Origin: an uncultured Nitrososphaerota archaeon
GTDB lineage: Archaea > Korarchaeota > Korarchaeia > Korarchaeales > Korarchaeaceae
Assembly (NCBI GenBank): GCA_964618805.1
Contig: CAZUBM010000011.1
Location: forward strand, 1 to 52,350
Direction of reading: 5' to 3'
DNA length: 52,350 nucleotides
This document shows positions 10,452-21,405 of this stretch, one piece after another. Position 1 is the first letter of the stretch, and each line of letters starts with the position of its first letter. The notes below the pieces were generated by a model that saw nothing but the letters and a program-made list of their open reading frames with translations, had not been told where the DNA came from and made no database searches. A program made the translations under genes and the position numbers.

Positions 10452-11825
10452 ATGAGTAAGAGGTCTATAATTTTAGTTTTCTTAATGCTAGGAGTGCTAG
10501 TAGTTCCTACTACGAGAAAATTGACCGGAAAAATGCTGAGATTCTCCGAGACTAGGGAATGGGAGGTTCAAGGGGAAGCCAGAAGGGTTACGGCGATTGG
10601 TTGGAACGGAGAATACTGGCTTATTGGTACGTCAGACGGTTGGATAGTTAGACTTGATGGCTCTAACTTTAGCGTTGTAGGCAGAGTTGACATAGAGGGA
10701 GTCCATTCGCACATAATCTGGACTGGAAAGTACTGGTTGGGGACAAGTGGGGTCTACTATTGTTCGGCCTTCGCTTATGATGGAGAGAAGTTGGTGGAAC
10801 TCAGATATAGATCTTTCAACGAGATAGTTAAGGTAAGCTACGCTTCAGACAAGTGCGTGCTTGTGAATCAGGTGCCATACTCAGATAACTTTTCAATACT
10901 CACATGGAATGGTGAATCCATTAATGTATTGGTTGAAGATGCGATAGACCTCCTATCGTGCAAATCCAATTTCAACTACGGGTACATGCAACTCAGGCTA
11001 GAGCTGGTATCAAACGGAAGCTCTTGCTTGATATATTTATGCAGTGAGCCGTCCGCAACCCACAAACTACTTCCAGTGCTGCAGGGTAAGCTGTGTCATA
11101 AACTCTACTCTTATGACGGACAGAAACTGGTTAACTTGAGCTGGAGCCTTCCTAAGAAAGCATTTCTGTGGAGGCTACCCATCCCTCAGGGACAACCCTA
11201 TATCTGGAAGGAAATTTCAAATGGCACGCACTGGCTTTCATTTTCCTCTGATGGCAAGCTACTTTTCTTCAATGGAAGGGAGTTCCAAGAAGTTAAAGTG
11301 GATGCCAACCTTTCCCAATATTGGGAAGAAGTGAGGTCAAATTGGGGCCCCGAATGGAAAGGAGATTACTGGCGCATGCATTGGAATTGGAACGGAGAAT
11401 ATTGGTTAATCTCATATATAAGACTCATTTCGAATATACCTGCAGAGGCATGTTTGCTTAAGTATGATGGAAAGAGAGTAGAATTGGTCAAACCTCCAAG
11501 AGGCCTCTCTATAATAAATTTCAGGAAATCTAGATGGCCAGTTAACATAGGACAAGTCGTCTGGGGGGACGGAAGGTGGCTTATTGCTGCAAATAAGCGA
11601 TCTTCATTCTGGAGCCGTAGATGGGGGTATCTATTCAGTTTTGATGGGGAAAATTTTGAGGATTTAATGCCAGAACTTAACGAGGCAATAGTGCTTGCTG
11701 GCGGAGGCCCAGGAAGACCAAGGCCTCTCTTACAGGACATCCGTTTGTTAGCTGTTATAATTGGATTCCTGGGGCTGAGCATTGCATATCTCATGATATG
11801 CAGAAGCCTATCGCCGTCAAAATGA
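10452..11825 (+). CDS. Secreted, C-terminally anchored repeat (beta-propeller-like) protein
   Basis: N-terminal hydrophobic signal, repeated WNGEYWLI / YDG motifs, C-terminal TM. Confidence 0.7.
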   Translation: MSKRSIILVFLMLGVLVVPTTRKLTGKMLRFSETREWEVQGEARRVTAIGWNGEYWLIGTSDGWIVRLDGSNFSVVGRVDIEGVHSHIIWTGKYWLGTSGVYYCSAFAYDGEKLVELRYRSFNEIVKVSYASDKCVLVNQVPYSDNFSILTWNGESINVLVEDAIDLLSCKSNFNYGYMQLRLELVSNGSSCLIYLCSEPSATHKLLPVLQGKLCHKLYSYDGQKLVNLSWSLPKKAFLWRLPIPQGQPYIWKEISNGTHWLSFSSDGKLLFFNGREFQEVKVDANLSQYWEEVRSNWGPEWKGDYWRMHWNWNGEYWLISYIRLISNIPAEACLLKYDGKRVELVKPPRGLSIINFRKSRWPVNIGQVVWGDGRWLIAANKRSSFWSRRWGYLFSFDGENFEDLMPELNEAIVLAGGGPGRPRPLLQDIRLLAVIIGFLGLSIAYLMICRSLSPSK

Positions 11826-12078
11826 CACCAATCAATATGTGTTTGAGCACCAAGGCTTTTTCTCATATCTGTTCCGAAAATCAGTTTCATATAGGAAGTT
11901 TGCTGGAAAGCGTATTAGAAGAATAATGTATTTGCATATTACTTTCTAAGGAGGTTTTTGTAGAGTTAGAAAGTTATGACGACCATTTTAGCTTGATTTC
12001 AAGTTCGGACAAAGTTCTTATCTTTAGGCTCTAAAGCGTTTCTCAATCAAGAAATAATTTTTGAAATTATAAGCGCCT

Positions 12079-12839
12079 ATGCAATTGATGCCAAAACATG
12101 CGATTGTTCGAGAGCCAAGCAATAGTTACGCTTATTGTATCTCGAGGCATCCTATGCGCCACACCATAGATTTATCCCTTGCCAGAAGACAACACGAGAA
12201 ATACTGCAGGATTTTGTCCGAATTAGGATTAGAGATAATTCATCTTCCTAGGGACGATCTTCATCCGGATTCTTGCTTTGTAGAGGATAATGCAGTAACA
12301 TACCGAGGTAAAGCTCTAATATGTAGAATGGCGAAAAAGAGCCGCCGTGGAGAGGAAAAAGCAGTTCTGGAAGTTCTAAAGGAGTATATGCCCGTTAAAA
12401 GGGCCATTTCTCCTGCAACAATCGAGGGCGGGGATGTTCTTCATCTTGAGGATCACCTGATATGTAGAGTAACCCAGAGAACCAACGAAGAAGGAGTGAA
12501 TCAACTAAGGAAATGGTTCGGGGTTGAGGCTAAGACAATCTTGGACAAAAGCATCGTTCACCCCAAAAGCTACATCTCATACCTAGGGAATGAGGTGATC
12601 ATTTCAACGAGAAAGTACGCTGATCATCCTGTTCTTGAAGGGTTCAGAGTACTCGTAGTGCCAGAAGACGAGGCCTATGCAGCTAACGCTCTTGCCATTG
12701 ATGAAGTCGTCTTGATGCTAAGGGATTTCCAAAATCCGAAAAGATAGTAAGGGGAGCTGGATATGAAGTTATCACATTGAATGTGAGCGAATTTAAGAAG
12801 TGTGAGGGAGCACTAACATGCCTCTCTCTGCTATTTTAA
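12079..12839 (+). pseudogene. Dimethylarginine dimethylaminohydrolase/amidinotransferase family, frameshifted
   Basis: PDSCFVED, EGGDV, AANAL. A frameshift near 12718 separates the C-terminus ...EFKKCEGALTCLSLLF (catalytic Cys), which ends at TAA 12839. Confidence 0.85.
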
Positions 12840-13187
12840 TGACGTGAATCACGCTGATTTGTGCTATTAGGCTCTTGGCATATGCTCTCAGCGAATCAAT
12901 CATAGTGCTACTTTGATCTTCAATCTAGGACACATATAATTTCGGTTTTCTTACACGGTAATCATTTAACATTTTATCAAACATTATTTGGAATCGCTCT
13001 TCTAAAGTTTAAAATAAACGACTGTTTACGCACAGTGAGAGTTGAAAATTGACTAAAAAGGAGTAAAAGTAATATTTAGCTTTTTATCTGATCACTTATC
13101 TCCTTAATTACGGGTTTAATTATCCTCTCAGTTTATTAAGTGAGTAAAAGCACAAAGATATTAGGGCATTACCTCTTAGGTGAATGT

Positions 13188-13478
13188 ATGGAGAAGGCAG
13201 AATCTGAAGTTCTTAAGAAATTAATATCTATCTTAATAAAGCATGGAGCTAAGAGAATAGCTGTCTTTGGATCTTATGCAAGGGGCGAGGCTAACTATGA
13301 CAGCGATCTGGATGTTTTAGTGGAATTTTCGGACGTTAAAAGTCTTACAGATCTTGTCGGAATAGAAATGGAGCTCTCAGAAGCCCTAAATGTTAAAGTC
13401 GACCTTTTGACTGAAAGATCAATAAGCCCTTACCTTATTGACAGGATTAAGAAAGAAGCAAGAGTGATTTATGGATGA
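13188..13478 (+). CDS. Minimal nucleotidyltransferase (MNT) antitoxin
   Basis: FGSYARGE..DSDLDVLV, KVDL. Confidence 0.9.
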   Translation: MEKAESEVLKKLISILIKHGAKRIAVFGSYARGEANYDSDLDVLVEFSDVKSLTDLVGIEMELSEALNVKVDLLTERSISPYLIDRIKKEARVIYG

Positions 13479-13821
13479 GAAAAGATGATCTTATCTACAT
13501 ACAACATATTCTAGATGCTATTGACCTAATTGAGGATTACACAAGAGGAATCGGTAAGAAGGGCTTCCTGTCAAGCAGAATGATCCAAGATGGATCAGAA
13601 GAAGAGAAATTGAAATTATTGGGGAGGCAGCAAAAAGAGTCTCAGATGAAATGAGAGGTAAATATCCCGAAATTCCGTGGAAGAAAATCGCTGGTATGAG
13701 AGACAAGCTAATACATGGTTACTTCGGCGTAGATCTAGAAGCAGTATGGATTACCGTTAATAGAGACATCCCGGAGTTGAAGAAAGCCATAAAAAACATA
13801 ATGAAAGCTGAAAGAAGGTGA
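13475..13821 (+). pseudogene. HEPN DUF86 ribonuclease toxin, frameshifted
   Basis: MRKDDLIYIQHILDAI..., frameshift near 13595, then [29 protein letters not shown] (RX4H motif). ATGA-coupled to the MNT gene. Confidence 0.85.
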
Positions 13822-13880
13822 AAGGCTTTAGAAGCCAAAAAAATTCATAGTTTTATGTGGAACCTCTGTGCTTTTTGAAG

Positions 13881-15041
13881 TTAGGGCAAAGTAAAGGTTA
13901 TCATTAGGGCTACCAACTCAAGAAATGTTGATGTAAAGAAAGGAGCCATCAAGTTGCTTGAGGCCATAAAACCAGCAAAGGAAGGTCCTAGCGTGGCAAA
14001 AATGCTTGTAAAGGTGCCCTCAATTCCTATTGCCTTTGACCTGTCTTCTTCGGGAAAAGAGTCCATGGTGTAGGCCAGTAGCCCTGGAACGAACAGTGGG
14101 TTTGTTGAAAGGGCCATGAAGGCTAAAGGGAAGAATACCCTGTTGAAGGCAGAAAGAAACAGAAGTAGAAAGTACAGAGTTGAAATAACATAAGTTCCCA
14201 CATACAGCCACTTTCTCCTCACTTTGTCGGCAAGAAAGCCCCCTGCTAAAGAAATAAGTGCCCTTGTTCCGGACCTCAGCGAGTATATTGAGAAAATCTG
14301 CCCGTAAGAAAGACCTACCTCCGATCCAAGCATTGGAATAAAGGAGGCTGCTCCAAAGGCAAAGGCATCTAAGGACTTTATCGCGCAAAACCTAACCAAG
14401 ACAGACTTGTTCCTTATAGCCTTAAGATCCGCGAAAAACGAGAACTTTGTTCGTCTTGTTGCTTTAATCCTCCTTTTCCTTACCATCGTTAAGATTAAGG
14501 CGCTGATGAGGATAAGGGGCATACCAGCTAAAAAGAACGTTTTTCTGAGACCGTACTTCCCCGAAATTAAAGCGCTCACACCTGTTCCAGCAAAGCCGGC
14601 CATGTACCCGAAGAAGTGCATGATACCAAATGGCAGACCCTTTCCTTTCCCAGCTTCAGCTATCATTGGCATGGCTGATATGTAGGAGACGGTCCCAAGC
14701 GCTGAGATAGCTAAGAGTAAAATCAGAAGATCTATAAAGTCATCAGCAAAGTATATAGTGGCCGTGAGAACTCCTTGAGAAAGTAGTCCTATAGCTAGGG
14801 GAATTCTCCGGTCTACTCTATCGGCAATTACGCCTGTTGGTATCCTAACCGCTGTACTCAGAGCTCCTGCAGCCGAAACCATGGGCCCATAGAGGGCAGC
14901 AGGTATGTCAATTTCCTTTACATAGAGAGGGACCGAAACGCCTAATATCGATCTAGAGAATGTGTAAAAGAAGAAGAAAGAGTAAAGGATCACCAACTCA
15001 GGAGAAAAGATCTTTAGCGGTACTTTTACATAATTTCTCAA
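13881..15041 (-). CDS. MFS transporter
   Basis: About 12 TM helices, with motif A in both halves (GVIADRVDRR, GFLADKVRRK). Confidence 0.85.
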   Translation of the reverse strand: MRNYVKVPLKIFSPELVILYSFFFFYTFSRSILGVSVPLYVKEIDIPAALYGPMVSAAGALSTAVRIPTGVIADRVDRRIPLAIGLLSQGVLTATIYFADDFIDLLILLLAISALGTVSYISAMPMIAEAGKGKGLPFGIMHFFGYMAGFAGTGVSALISGKYGLRKTFFLAGMPLILISALILTMVRKRRIKATRRTKFSFFADLKAIRNKSVLVRFCAIKSLDAFAFGAASFIPMLGSEVGLSYGQIFSIYSLRSGTRALISLAGGFLADKVRRKWLYVGTYVISTLYFLLLFLSAFNRVFFPLAFMALSTNPLFVPGLLAYTMDSFPEEDRSKAIGIEGTFTSIFATLGPSFAGFMASSNLMAPFFTSTFLELVALMITFTLP

Positions 15042-15342
15042 ATGTCAGGACCTCAAGATCCTGCTTCCAGTTTTGACATCAATTCGATTAAGGAACTTAA
15101 AAACTCATTAAACCCAAGTAATTTTTTAGGTAAGCCTTTTATCGAGGTTCTGTCTCATCCCTAACAGCTTCTTCATCTCCTCACTATTCCTTCCTTATTT
15201 TGTAATCAGAGGGTAATGCAATTAATAGAAATTAAAAGCCCAATATTAGGGGTTGTTACATCGCCTTATTTGGTCTGACTGGAGCAAAGGGAGAAACGGA
15301 TTGGATAAGCCTTCTTAGTAATAAAAAGATCAATTTTATATA

Positions 15343-15364
15343 TGTAGTAACTTAAAGTACTACA
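15343..15364. promoter_or_regulatory. Inverted-repeat operator between the TATA box and start of the AbrB antitoxin gene
   Basis: TGTAGTA-N8-TACTACA directly after TTTTATATA and 2 nt before ATG. Confidence 0.65.
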
Positions 15365-15366
15365 AC

Positions 15367-15600
15367 ATGAAAGAAAAGGAATTTATCATTAAAGTAACCA
15401 GAAACGGCCAGGTGACAATCCCTAAGAGATTTAGGGAAATTTTAAACATAAACGAAGGTGATTCTCTTTACGTAAGACTTGAAGGAGACAGGGTGATCTT
15501 GACCAAGCCTGGCATCCCGGAGCCTGGCGAGCCTGTTGGGGAGGACGAGTACAAGAGGATAATTGGGCTTCTTGAGGAGGAGAGGAGAAAGTGGTCTTAG
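15367..15600 (+). CDS. AbrB/MazE-family antitoxin
   Basis: KVTRNGQVTIPK..REILNINEGD. Confidence 0.9.
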   Translation: MKEKEFIIKVTRNGQVTIPKRFREILNINEGDSLYVRLEGDRVILTKPGIPEPGEPVGEDEYKRIIGLLEEERRKWS

Positions 15601-15986
15601 TATTGGACACGCGCTTCCTGCTAACCCATACCTTTCCTCCAACCGAGGATGATAGAAGGAAGCTGAGGGATTTCTCCTCGAAGATAGCGAGAGAAGGCCT
15701 TATCATACCACCGGTCGTGATAGCGGAGTTCATGAGGTTGGCTGGACCAAGGATTGGGAGAGAAGCAGCAGAAGCGAGGCTGAGGCTATGGATCAGCACC
15801 TGCGCTAAAGTACCAGAGGTTGGCGAGGAGGAATCCTTCATTGCTGGGAGAATGGCCCTATCTTACAGGAGGGTTCCGCTGGCCGACATCCTGATAGGAG
15901 CCGTTGCAAAATCCCTCCGCGCATCAGTTGTGAGCGATGATCCCCATTTCTTCGAATTAGGCGTCAAAACCCTTTGGTATAAATAA
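15591..15986 (+). CDS. vapC: PIN-domain (VapC) toxin
   Basis: LVLDTR, VIAEF, LADILIGA, VVSDDPHF. Overlaps the AbrB gene. Confidence 0.9.
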   Translation: MVLVLDTRFLLTHTFPPTEDDRRKLRDFSSKIAREGLIIPPVVIAEFMRLAGPRIGREAAEARLRLWISTCAKVPEVGEEESFIAGRMALSYRRVPLADILIGAVAKSLRASVVSDDPHFFELGVKTLWYK

Positions 15987-16086
15987 AGGGCGACACCCTT
16001 GCATCAGAGATCGCTTTATGAAGGACATCGATAACGGGGAGCTCGCGATATATCGCGTTTAAAATTGGTCTTTAGTTCATAAGCCT

Positions 16087-16793
16087 ATGAGAATTGACTA
16101 CAATAAACTGGCTAAAAATATCTTATCATAGCCGGAAGAGTAGCAAAGGAGTTTCAGGAAAAGAAGGGAGTAATTGGATGTGCAGTATATGGAAGCACTG
16201 CTAGAGGGGATGTTCACCCTCTGTCGGACATTGACCTATTGATGTTAGTAGATGGGCGCCAGGTGTACAAATGGGAGAGAAAAGCAGTAGAAAAAATTGT
16301 AGTGAATGTAGCGATTCGGTCTAAAGATATCCTTGAGAGGATGGCAAGAGAGCATCCAGACACGATATTTGCCCTAGAGGAAGCCAAAATTCTGTACGAC
16401 CCTCAAGAAATCCTCTGGAACCTTAAGAAGGAAGTGGCTTTGACCGAGGATTTAAAGAAAGAACTGCTTAGGGATCTGCTTGATGAAGCCAGATCATTCA
16501 TAGGAAAGGCTGAGAGAGCTTTAGATGAAGGAGATCTAGAATCTAGTCTGGTTTGTTTAAGACAAGGTGCTGTCAAGTTAGCTGAGCTAATGTTCTATAG
16601 GGAAAGGGGGAGAAGAATAAACTACATTCATTTTTGGCACGAAATTCGATCACTTTCATCAACCGAGTTTCAAGAACTTCTCACTGAGATACAAGGATTT
16701 CAATTGGCTGATCGAGATTGGTTGGCTCATATGGTGAAGAAGCTCAAAGTTTCTCTGGAAAAAGTTTCTTCTATGATCCTGGTTAGGGAATAG
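16087..16793 (+). pseudogene. Nucleotidyltransferase with C-terminal helical (HEPN-like) domain, frameshift in 5' A-run
   Basis: In-frame upstream of the listed ORF: YGSTARGDVHPLSDIDLL. The ATG at 16087 is out of frame by one base at the A-run 16114-16118. Confidence 0.7.
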
Positions 16794-16853
16794 AATGCGT
16801 TCCATCATATCCTGAGTGTTAGCTGACTTCTGCTTATTAGTGCTGAAAACATT

Positions 16854-17279
16854 TTAACGTTCATCCGAATTGATTGAAGAAAATCTGGTTATCTTGTACG
16901 AATAAAAAAGTCCAAAGAACCAAAATACAAGCCCCATAATAGCCAGAGATGCTGTAAGAAAGAATACCATAGAACGCATTCCTGCATGAAATAGATTTAC
17001 TGGCAAATGGTTGTACATACGCTCTAGGTCTCCAGACAAACCAACATCTATAAACCACACACCCGCCGAAGCCAAAGCAGCTGCAAAAGCATATTTGGAC
17101 AACAAGTAAGACCTATCTATCTCGTCTTTCAACTCTTTAACCTTCAATTTCACCATTTCTTGATCAAGTTCTTGTTTCGAACCGCAGTAAGGGCAATAAA
17201 CTGCTCCTCTTTCCAATAAATGAAAGATGGAGATTGCCCTTAAAGCAATTTCCTTCCCACAATTTGAGCAGGTCTTCAA
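16854..17279 (-). CDS. Zinc-ribbon protein with two TM helices
   Basis: CSNCG...CPYCG followed by two hydrophobic helices. Confidence 0.7.
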   Translation of the reverse strand: MKTCSNCGKEIALRAISIFHLLERGAVYCPYCGSKQELDQEMVKLKVKELKDEIDRSYLLSKYAFAAALASAGVWFIDVGLSGDLERMYNHLPVNLFHAGMRSMVFFLTASLAIMGLVFWFFGLFYSYKITRFSSINSDER

Positions 17280-17376
17280 CTTCTCACGTTTCTAACAGCC
17301 TTATTCCATATTAAGTTCACTTTGTTCGATTTTTTCAATTCGTTGACATATTTCAGCTTTTCAGAAGAATTTCTCC

Positions 17377-18273
17377 TTAACTAATCCTTTCTGCAACGAT
17401 AATATGATAAGAAGGGGGATCATCCCTTACCCACGCTCTTTTACTTATGGACTTCACTTTTTCCAAGAGTTCTCTTGGAATTCTCCTTTCATAGTACCTC
17501 TCCAGATACTCTTCAGACTTTTCAAGTGGAACTCCGCTCTCTTCGAGCTTAATTCTTTTAATTGTCCTTATTTTAAATCCATTTTTCAAAGTTTCTTCGA
17601 CATCTTTAAGGGAAAGCAACCTCTCTTCCTCATCTTCGCAATACCTATATATCTCATTTAGTATAAGACCCATGTCTCCTGGAAAATCCTCAACAAAAGG
17701 TTCGGCGATCCCAATTAGCCCATTTTCCTTCAATATCCTTTTACATTCGCTGAACAGCCTTTCTAAGTTCTGTTTAGTTAATGCTATGTTACCGAGGCTG
17801 AAGAAAAGAGCAAGTCTATCAAAGGATCCGTTAGGAAAGGGAAGCTCGTAGGCATCAAAGTAATAGAAGTTGGTATTTTTCAAATCGAAGACCTTGGCAT
17901 ACTCTTTTGCTTCCGCAAATTCTTCAGATAGTTCAATGCCATAGAACTCCGCGTTCGGATGCTTTAGTCCTGCTTGTATCGAGAACCAGCCGTCCCCAGA
18001 ACCTAAGTCAAGTACTTTCATTCCCGCCTCTATATTCAAGAGTTCGGCCAGTACGAGCCTTGCACCTTCCATTGCAAAGTATCTGTATTCCATTTCTCCT
18101 TTGACCCATTCTTTTGCCTTCAACAACCTGCTATATTCGTCCAAAGATTCTTTATCGAAAATTCCCTTTTTTCTAAGGCTTATTATGTCCTCACGGGCGA
18201 TTTCTTCCTTTTGAAGGATAAATCGTTTAAGATTAGCGAGAAATTTGATGGGATCTTCCCTTTGATCCATCAT
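17377..18273 (-). CDS. Class I SAM-dependent methyltransferase
   Basis: VLDLGSGDG, GIELS, DAYELPF..SFD, RILKENG. Confidence 0.88.
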   Translation of the reverse strand: MMDQREDPIKFLANLKRFILQKEEIAREDIISLRKKGIFDKESLDEYSRLLKAKEWVKGEMEYRYFAMEGARLVLAELLNIEAGMKVLDLGSGDGWFSIQAGLKHPNAEFYGIELSEEFAEAKEYAKVFDLKNTNFYYFDAYELPFPNGSFDRLALFFSLGNIALTKQNLERLFSECKRILKENGLIGIAEPFVEDFPGDMGLILNEIYRYCEDEEERLLSLKDVEETLKNGFKIRTIKRIKLEESGVPLEKSEEYLERYYERRIPRELLEKVKSISKRAWVRDDPPSYHIIVAERIS

Positions 18274-18443
18274 GTCTTGACTCCGTCAGAACTTAATCTA
18301 CTTAAGCCTTTTCTACAAAACTAACAATCAGAAAATCCAATAGATAAAAAGCAACAAATTTTTGTACCTGAAAAGCATTTAGATTTGAAGAGTTAATGAA
18401 TGATAGCCCTAATTCTTCTAGAAGGGGCTCTATTCTCCAATTT

Positions 18444-18968
18444 ATGACACATAGCATCCGGTTAAAACGCGTGGCTCTCACTACTTTCCTTTTCTTTCTT
18501 CTTTTCGTCTCGTGCTTCTTAGTCCTTTCACTAAGTGCAGAGAACCAGGAACCTTTGATAGTGCTCCTAGCTACAGGAGGAGGAAGCCCAGCATGGAGTC
18601 CAGATGGTAAGAAAATAGCCTTCATATCAACTAGATCTGGAGCTGGGGATATTTACATAATGAATGCGGATGGAAGTAACTTGCAACAGCTTACCAGAGA
18701 TCTATCAGGGGAAGTTGGACCGGTCTGGAGCCCTGATGGTACAAGGATTGCTTTCACAAGAATTAGTCATGTCAGGGGTAGCGACATATACGTAATAGTG
18801 CTAGAGGTCGCCCCCACCAAAATAGCACCTTCAAGGCATTTCAAGATAAGCTTAGTATATCTTGCAGTTCTTGTTGCTTTGTCCGTCCTCTTGATAACTG
18901 CTGCATTGGTGGGTAAAAGGTTCCAACAGACACATAATCAAAAATTATGGGTGAAAAGGATTGATTAG
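18444..18968 (+). CDS. TolB/PD40-repeat membrane-anchored protein (only two repeats, probably internally deleted)
   Basis: [13 protein letters not shown] and [13 protein letters not shown], signal peptide, C-terminal TM. Confidence 0.7.
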   Translation: MTHSIRLKRVALTTFLFFLLFVSCFLVLSLSAENQEPLIVLLATGGGSPAWSPDGKKIAFISTRSGAGDIYIMNADGSNLQQLTRDLSGEVGPVWSPDGTRIAFTRISHVRGSDIYVIVLEVAPTKIAPSRHFKISLVYLAVLVALSVLLITAALVGKRFQQTHNQKLWVKRID

Positions 18969-19497
18969 AAGACTAATAATAATTGTCCTCATCTTCATCG
19001 CAATAGACTTCTTATTCATATTCTACCATCTTATCTTTCCATTTGCCTTTAATCGATCTGAGATCAAAGAATGGGATTGGATAGATAGATTTGGAAGGTT
19101 TGCAGTCTTACAGCTTACCTACTATGTCAGTCGTCCCTTCCTCTTATTCGGGTTGACTTATTTCCTCTGCACGCCTGAAAATCTGTTCAAAGACTACAAA
19201 AAGATCATAATTGCTATAATAGCTGCAGGATACCTGGGGAAGCTAGTAGGATCCGCACTTGGTCTCATCCTGACATCATTCGACAGCTGGGTCCAAACAA
19301 TCGGAAGGGAGGAGTACTTGGAATTTGTAAGAGAGGAACTAGGTTCCAGACTTAAGGTATTTCTGAGCCCATCTCTTGCTACCCTATTCATGACTTTTAC
19401 AGCTTTGAGTTTATCTTACATCAGAAGAGGAAGTCGTCCCTCCAGACAGGACATAGGTAAAGTAGAGGTGTCTACCAGGAGATGTATAAACGTCTAG
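18961..19497 (+). CDS. Four-TM membrane protein (paralog 1)
   Basis: Shares [17 protein letters not shown] and FTAxxLSYIRR with the next gene. Confidence 0.75.
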   Translation: MIRRLIIIVLIFIAIDFLFIFYHLIFPFAFNRSEIKEWDWIDRFGRFAVLQLTYYVSRPFLLFGLTYFLCTPENLFKDYKKIIIAIIAAGYLGKLVGSALGLILTSFDSWVQTIGREEYLEFVREELGSRLKVFLSPSLATLFMTFTALSLSYIRRGSRPSRQDIGKVEVSTRRCINV

Positions 19498-19967
19498 CCA
19501 TCATAGTCCTTGCATTCAGCTTTGTAGGCTTCTTTATTCATGTGTACAGTGCATATCTAATGCTTGTCTTCCCACCTTCGGTTGAAACGGAACTTGAGGC
19601 TTGGAAAAGAAAGGAAAGGATGCTTTCAACTATTCAATCTGTTTACAGCCATGTTGGACTTGTTCTCTTCCTGTCTCTCATTTATTATCTGTGTACACCA
19701 AACGACTTGTTCAAGGAGTATAAGCGAATTATCTTTGTGATATTAGTTTCAGATCTTGCGGGTGGAATGCTTGGTTTAACCCTTGGAATTCTCATAACAA
19801 AATCCTTAAGGCACGCTGAGCTTATCAAGCAAGCCGATTATATCCGAGCAATAATCATTCCAACGCTCTTTAATTGGATGATAAGGCCCCTCGGTTCACT
19901 TTTCGAAGGATTTACGGCTTGTACTCTTTCATACATAAGGAGAAGAGAGGATCAAGAGTGGAAATGA
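19482..19967 (+). CDS. Four-TM membrane protein (paralog 2)
   Basis: YYLCTPNDLFKEYKRII and FTACTLSYIRR. Confidence 0.75.
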   Translation: MYKRLAIIVLAFSFVGFFIHVYSAYLMLVFPPSVETELEAWKRKERMLSTIQSVYSHVGLVLFLSLIYYLCTPNDLFKEYKRIIFVILVSDLAGGMLGLTLGILITKSLRHAELIKQADYIRAIIIPTLFNWMIRPLGSLFEGFTACTLSYIRRREDQEWK

Positions 19968-20390
19968 GGTCCTTGCTTTGTATATATAGAAAAAATACAT
20001 CTCAACCCTTAACTTCACTCCAAAACTTTCTGACATCCTCTGAATTTCTGATTCTTCAGAAGCGAGTTCTCTTTCTAGGATGAAATCTCTTGTCAATAAT
20101 TCGAAGCCAGCTTCTAAGGCAGTATTCAAGCACCCACCTCTCATTGGAAGGTAAAGTGATTGCATCCTTCTCCTGAATTCTCTTGGCAAAAGTCTAATGT
20201 CCTCTTCTTTTATCACGAGATCTATAGAGAACATGGTTCCTCCTTTCTTTAGGACCCGATAAGCTTCTGTTACTGCTTTTTCAGCATCAGCAACGTTGGA
20301 AAGGCCTCCTAAATCACCTATGTAGTCAAAAGTTTCCTCTTTTATAGGAATATTCGATTTGTCTGAGATTTTACTGTCCAAAGGATCCAC
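19929..20390 (-). pseudogene. 3' half of a class I methyltransferase
   Basis: NIPIKEETFDY..EAYRVLKKGG present. SAM-binding motif I is absent. Confidence 0.65.
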
Positions 20391-20399
20391 TTCGATGAA

Positions 20400-20527
20400 C
20401 TGGCAGAACCTTTACAGTTTAAGCTTAGAACCACAGTAGGGGCAATAAACCACCCGTTTTCGGTCAGGTGGAAGATGGATAAAGCTTTTGGAGCGACTTC
20501 TCTTCCACAATAACAAATTCTTCTCAA
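20400..20527 (-). pseudogene. 5' fragment of a zinc-ribbon paralog of 16854-17279
   Basis: CYCGREVAPKALSIFHL, then YCPYCGSK in a shifted frame. The upstream DNA also resembles 17280-17330. Confidence 0.7.
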
Positions 20528-20651
20528 CTTCTTATCTTGCTAATTGGTCTTATATTGAATATTAAGTCCACTTTGCTTGGATCAAAAATCGTTTCCTCCT
20601 GTCTTTCATTATCAACAGGGGAATTACAAATAGTACACCCAATGTTAATTA

Positions 20652-21095
20652 TCACGTTTCAGTCTCTTTTTCAACTAGGAATTCTTTAGGTGTAATTACT
20701 TTAGCATTTATCTTCCCCTCAAAGTGTTTTTTGTTCCAAGTTACGAAAGTTTTGACACCAACTGCTTCGCTGGAAAGGGTAACTAAAGCATCTCCAAACG
20801 CTAAACCTCTTTTCATGTAATCAACGACGAGTTCTACAAAATCTCCCCAATCCTCTGGATACGGAGGAAACTCAACGTCCAGCTCGTCGCCGCTGAGATA
20901 TACCTCTAACACCTTCTCAACTCTATTCTCCATGCCTGCCATTGAGAAGAGGCCACAGAGCTCGAGCAGATTGTAAATAGTCGTTCTAGCATTGTTTTTC
21001 TTGAGTAGCTTGTAAGCCCTCTCATTTTCTTCTCTTCTATCATCCCAGATGAAGATGTGATGTATTGCAAGAACATCGGTGTCCTCTACTATCAT
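20652..21095 (-). CDS. PIN-domain toxin
   Basis: IVEDTD, NLLEL, FGDALV, FVTWNKKHF. Confidence 0.8.
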   Translation of the reverse strand: MIVEDTDVLAIHHIFIWDDRREENERAYKLLKKNNARTTIYNLLELCGLFSMAGMENRVEKVLEVYLSGDELDVEFPPYPEDWGDFVELVVDYMKRGLAFGDALVTLSSEAVGVKTFVTWNKKHFEGKINAKVITPKEFLVEKETET

Positions 21096-21403
21096 GGTAG
21101 CCTTCTCCTCACCCTAGCTATTATTAGATCAAGCTCGTCCGTCCCAAAGTGCTTAATTAAGTACTGTCTAGCACCTTCTGCATCAATCTTAATCTTTCCA
21201 GGTGAACTCGGTCTTCTTCCGAGAAGATACATCCTTACAATCCTAGCTATCTTACCTCCTCTTCCATACTTCTCTAAAAGGTGTCTGACTGCATCAGCTA
21301 TTGCCTCTGTCCTGTTACTGTAATATCCTTCCTCTGTTAGCCTGTCCAACTCTTTTACTAATTTAGCTGGAAGCCTTACTTGAATGACAACCTTGCTACT
21401 CAT
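21092..21403 (-). CDS. CopG/RHH antitoxin
   Basis: VIQVRLPAKLVKELDRL..GYYSNRTEAIADAVR. Confidence 0.85.
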   Translation of the reverse strand: MSSKVVIQVRLPAKLVKELDRLTEEGYYSNRTEAIADAVRHLLEKYGRGGKIARIVRMYLLGRRPSSPGKIKIDAEGARQYLIKHFGTDELDLIIARVRRRLP

Positions 21404-21405
21404 TA

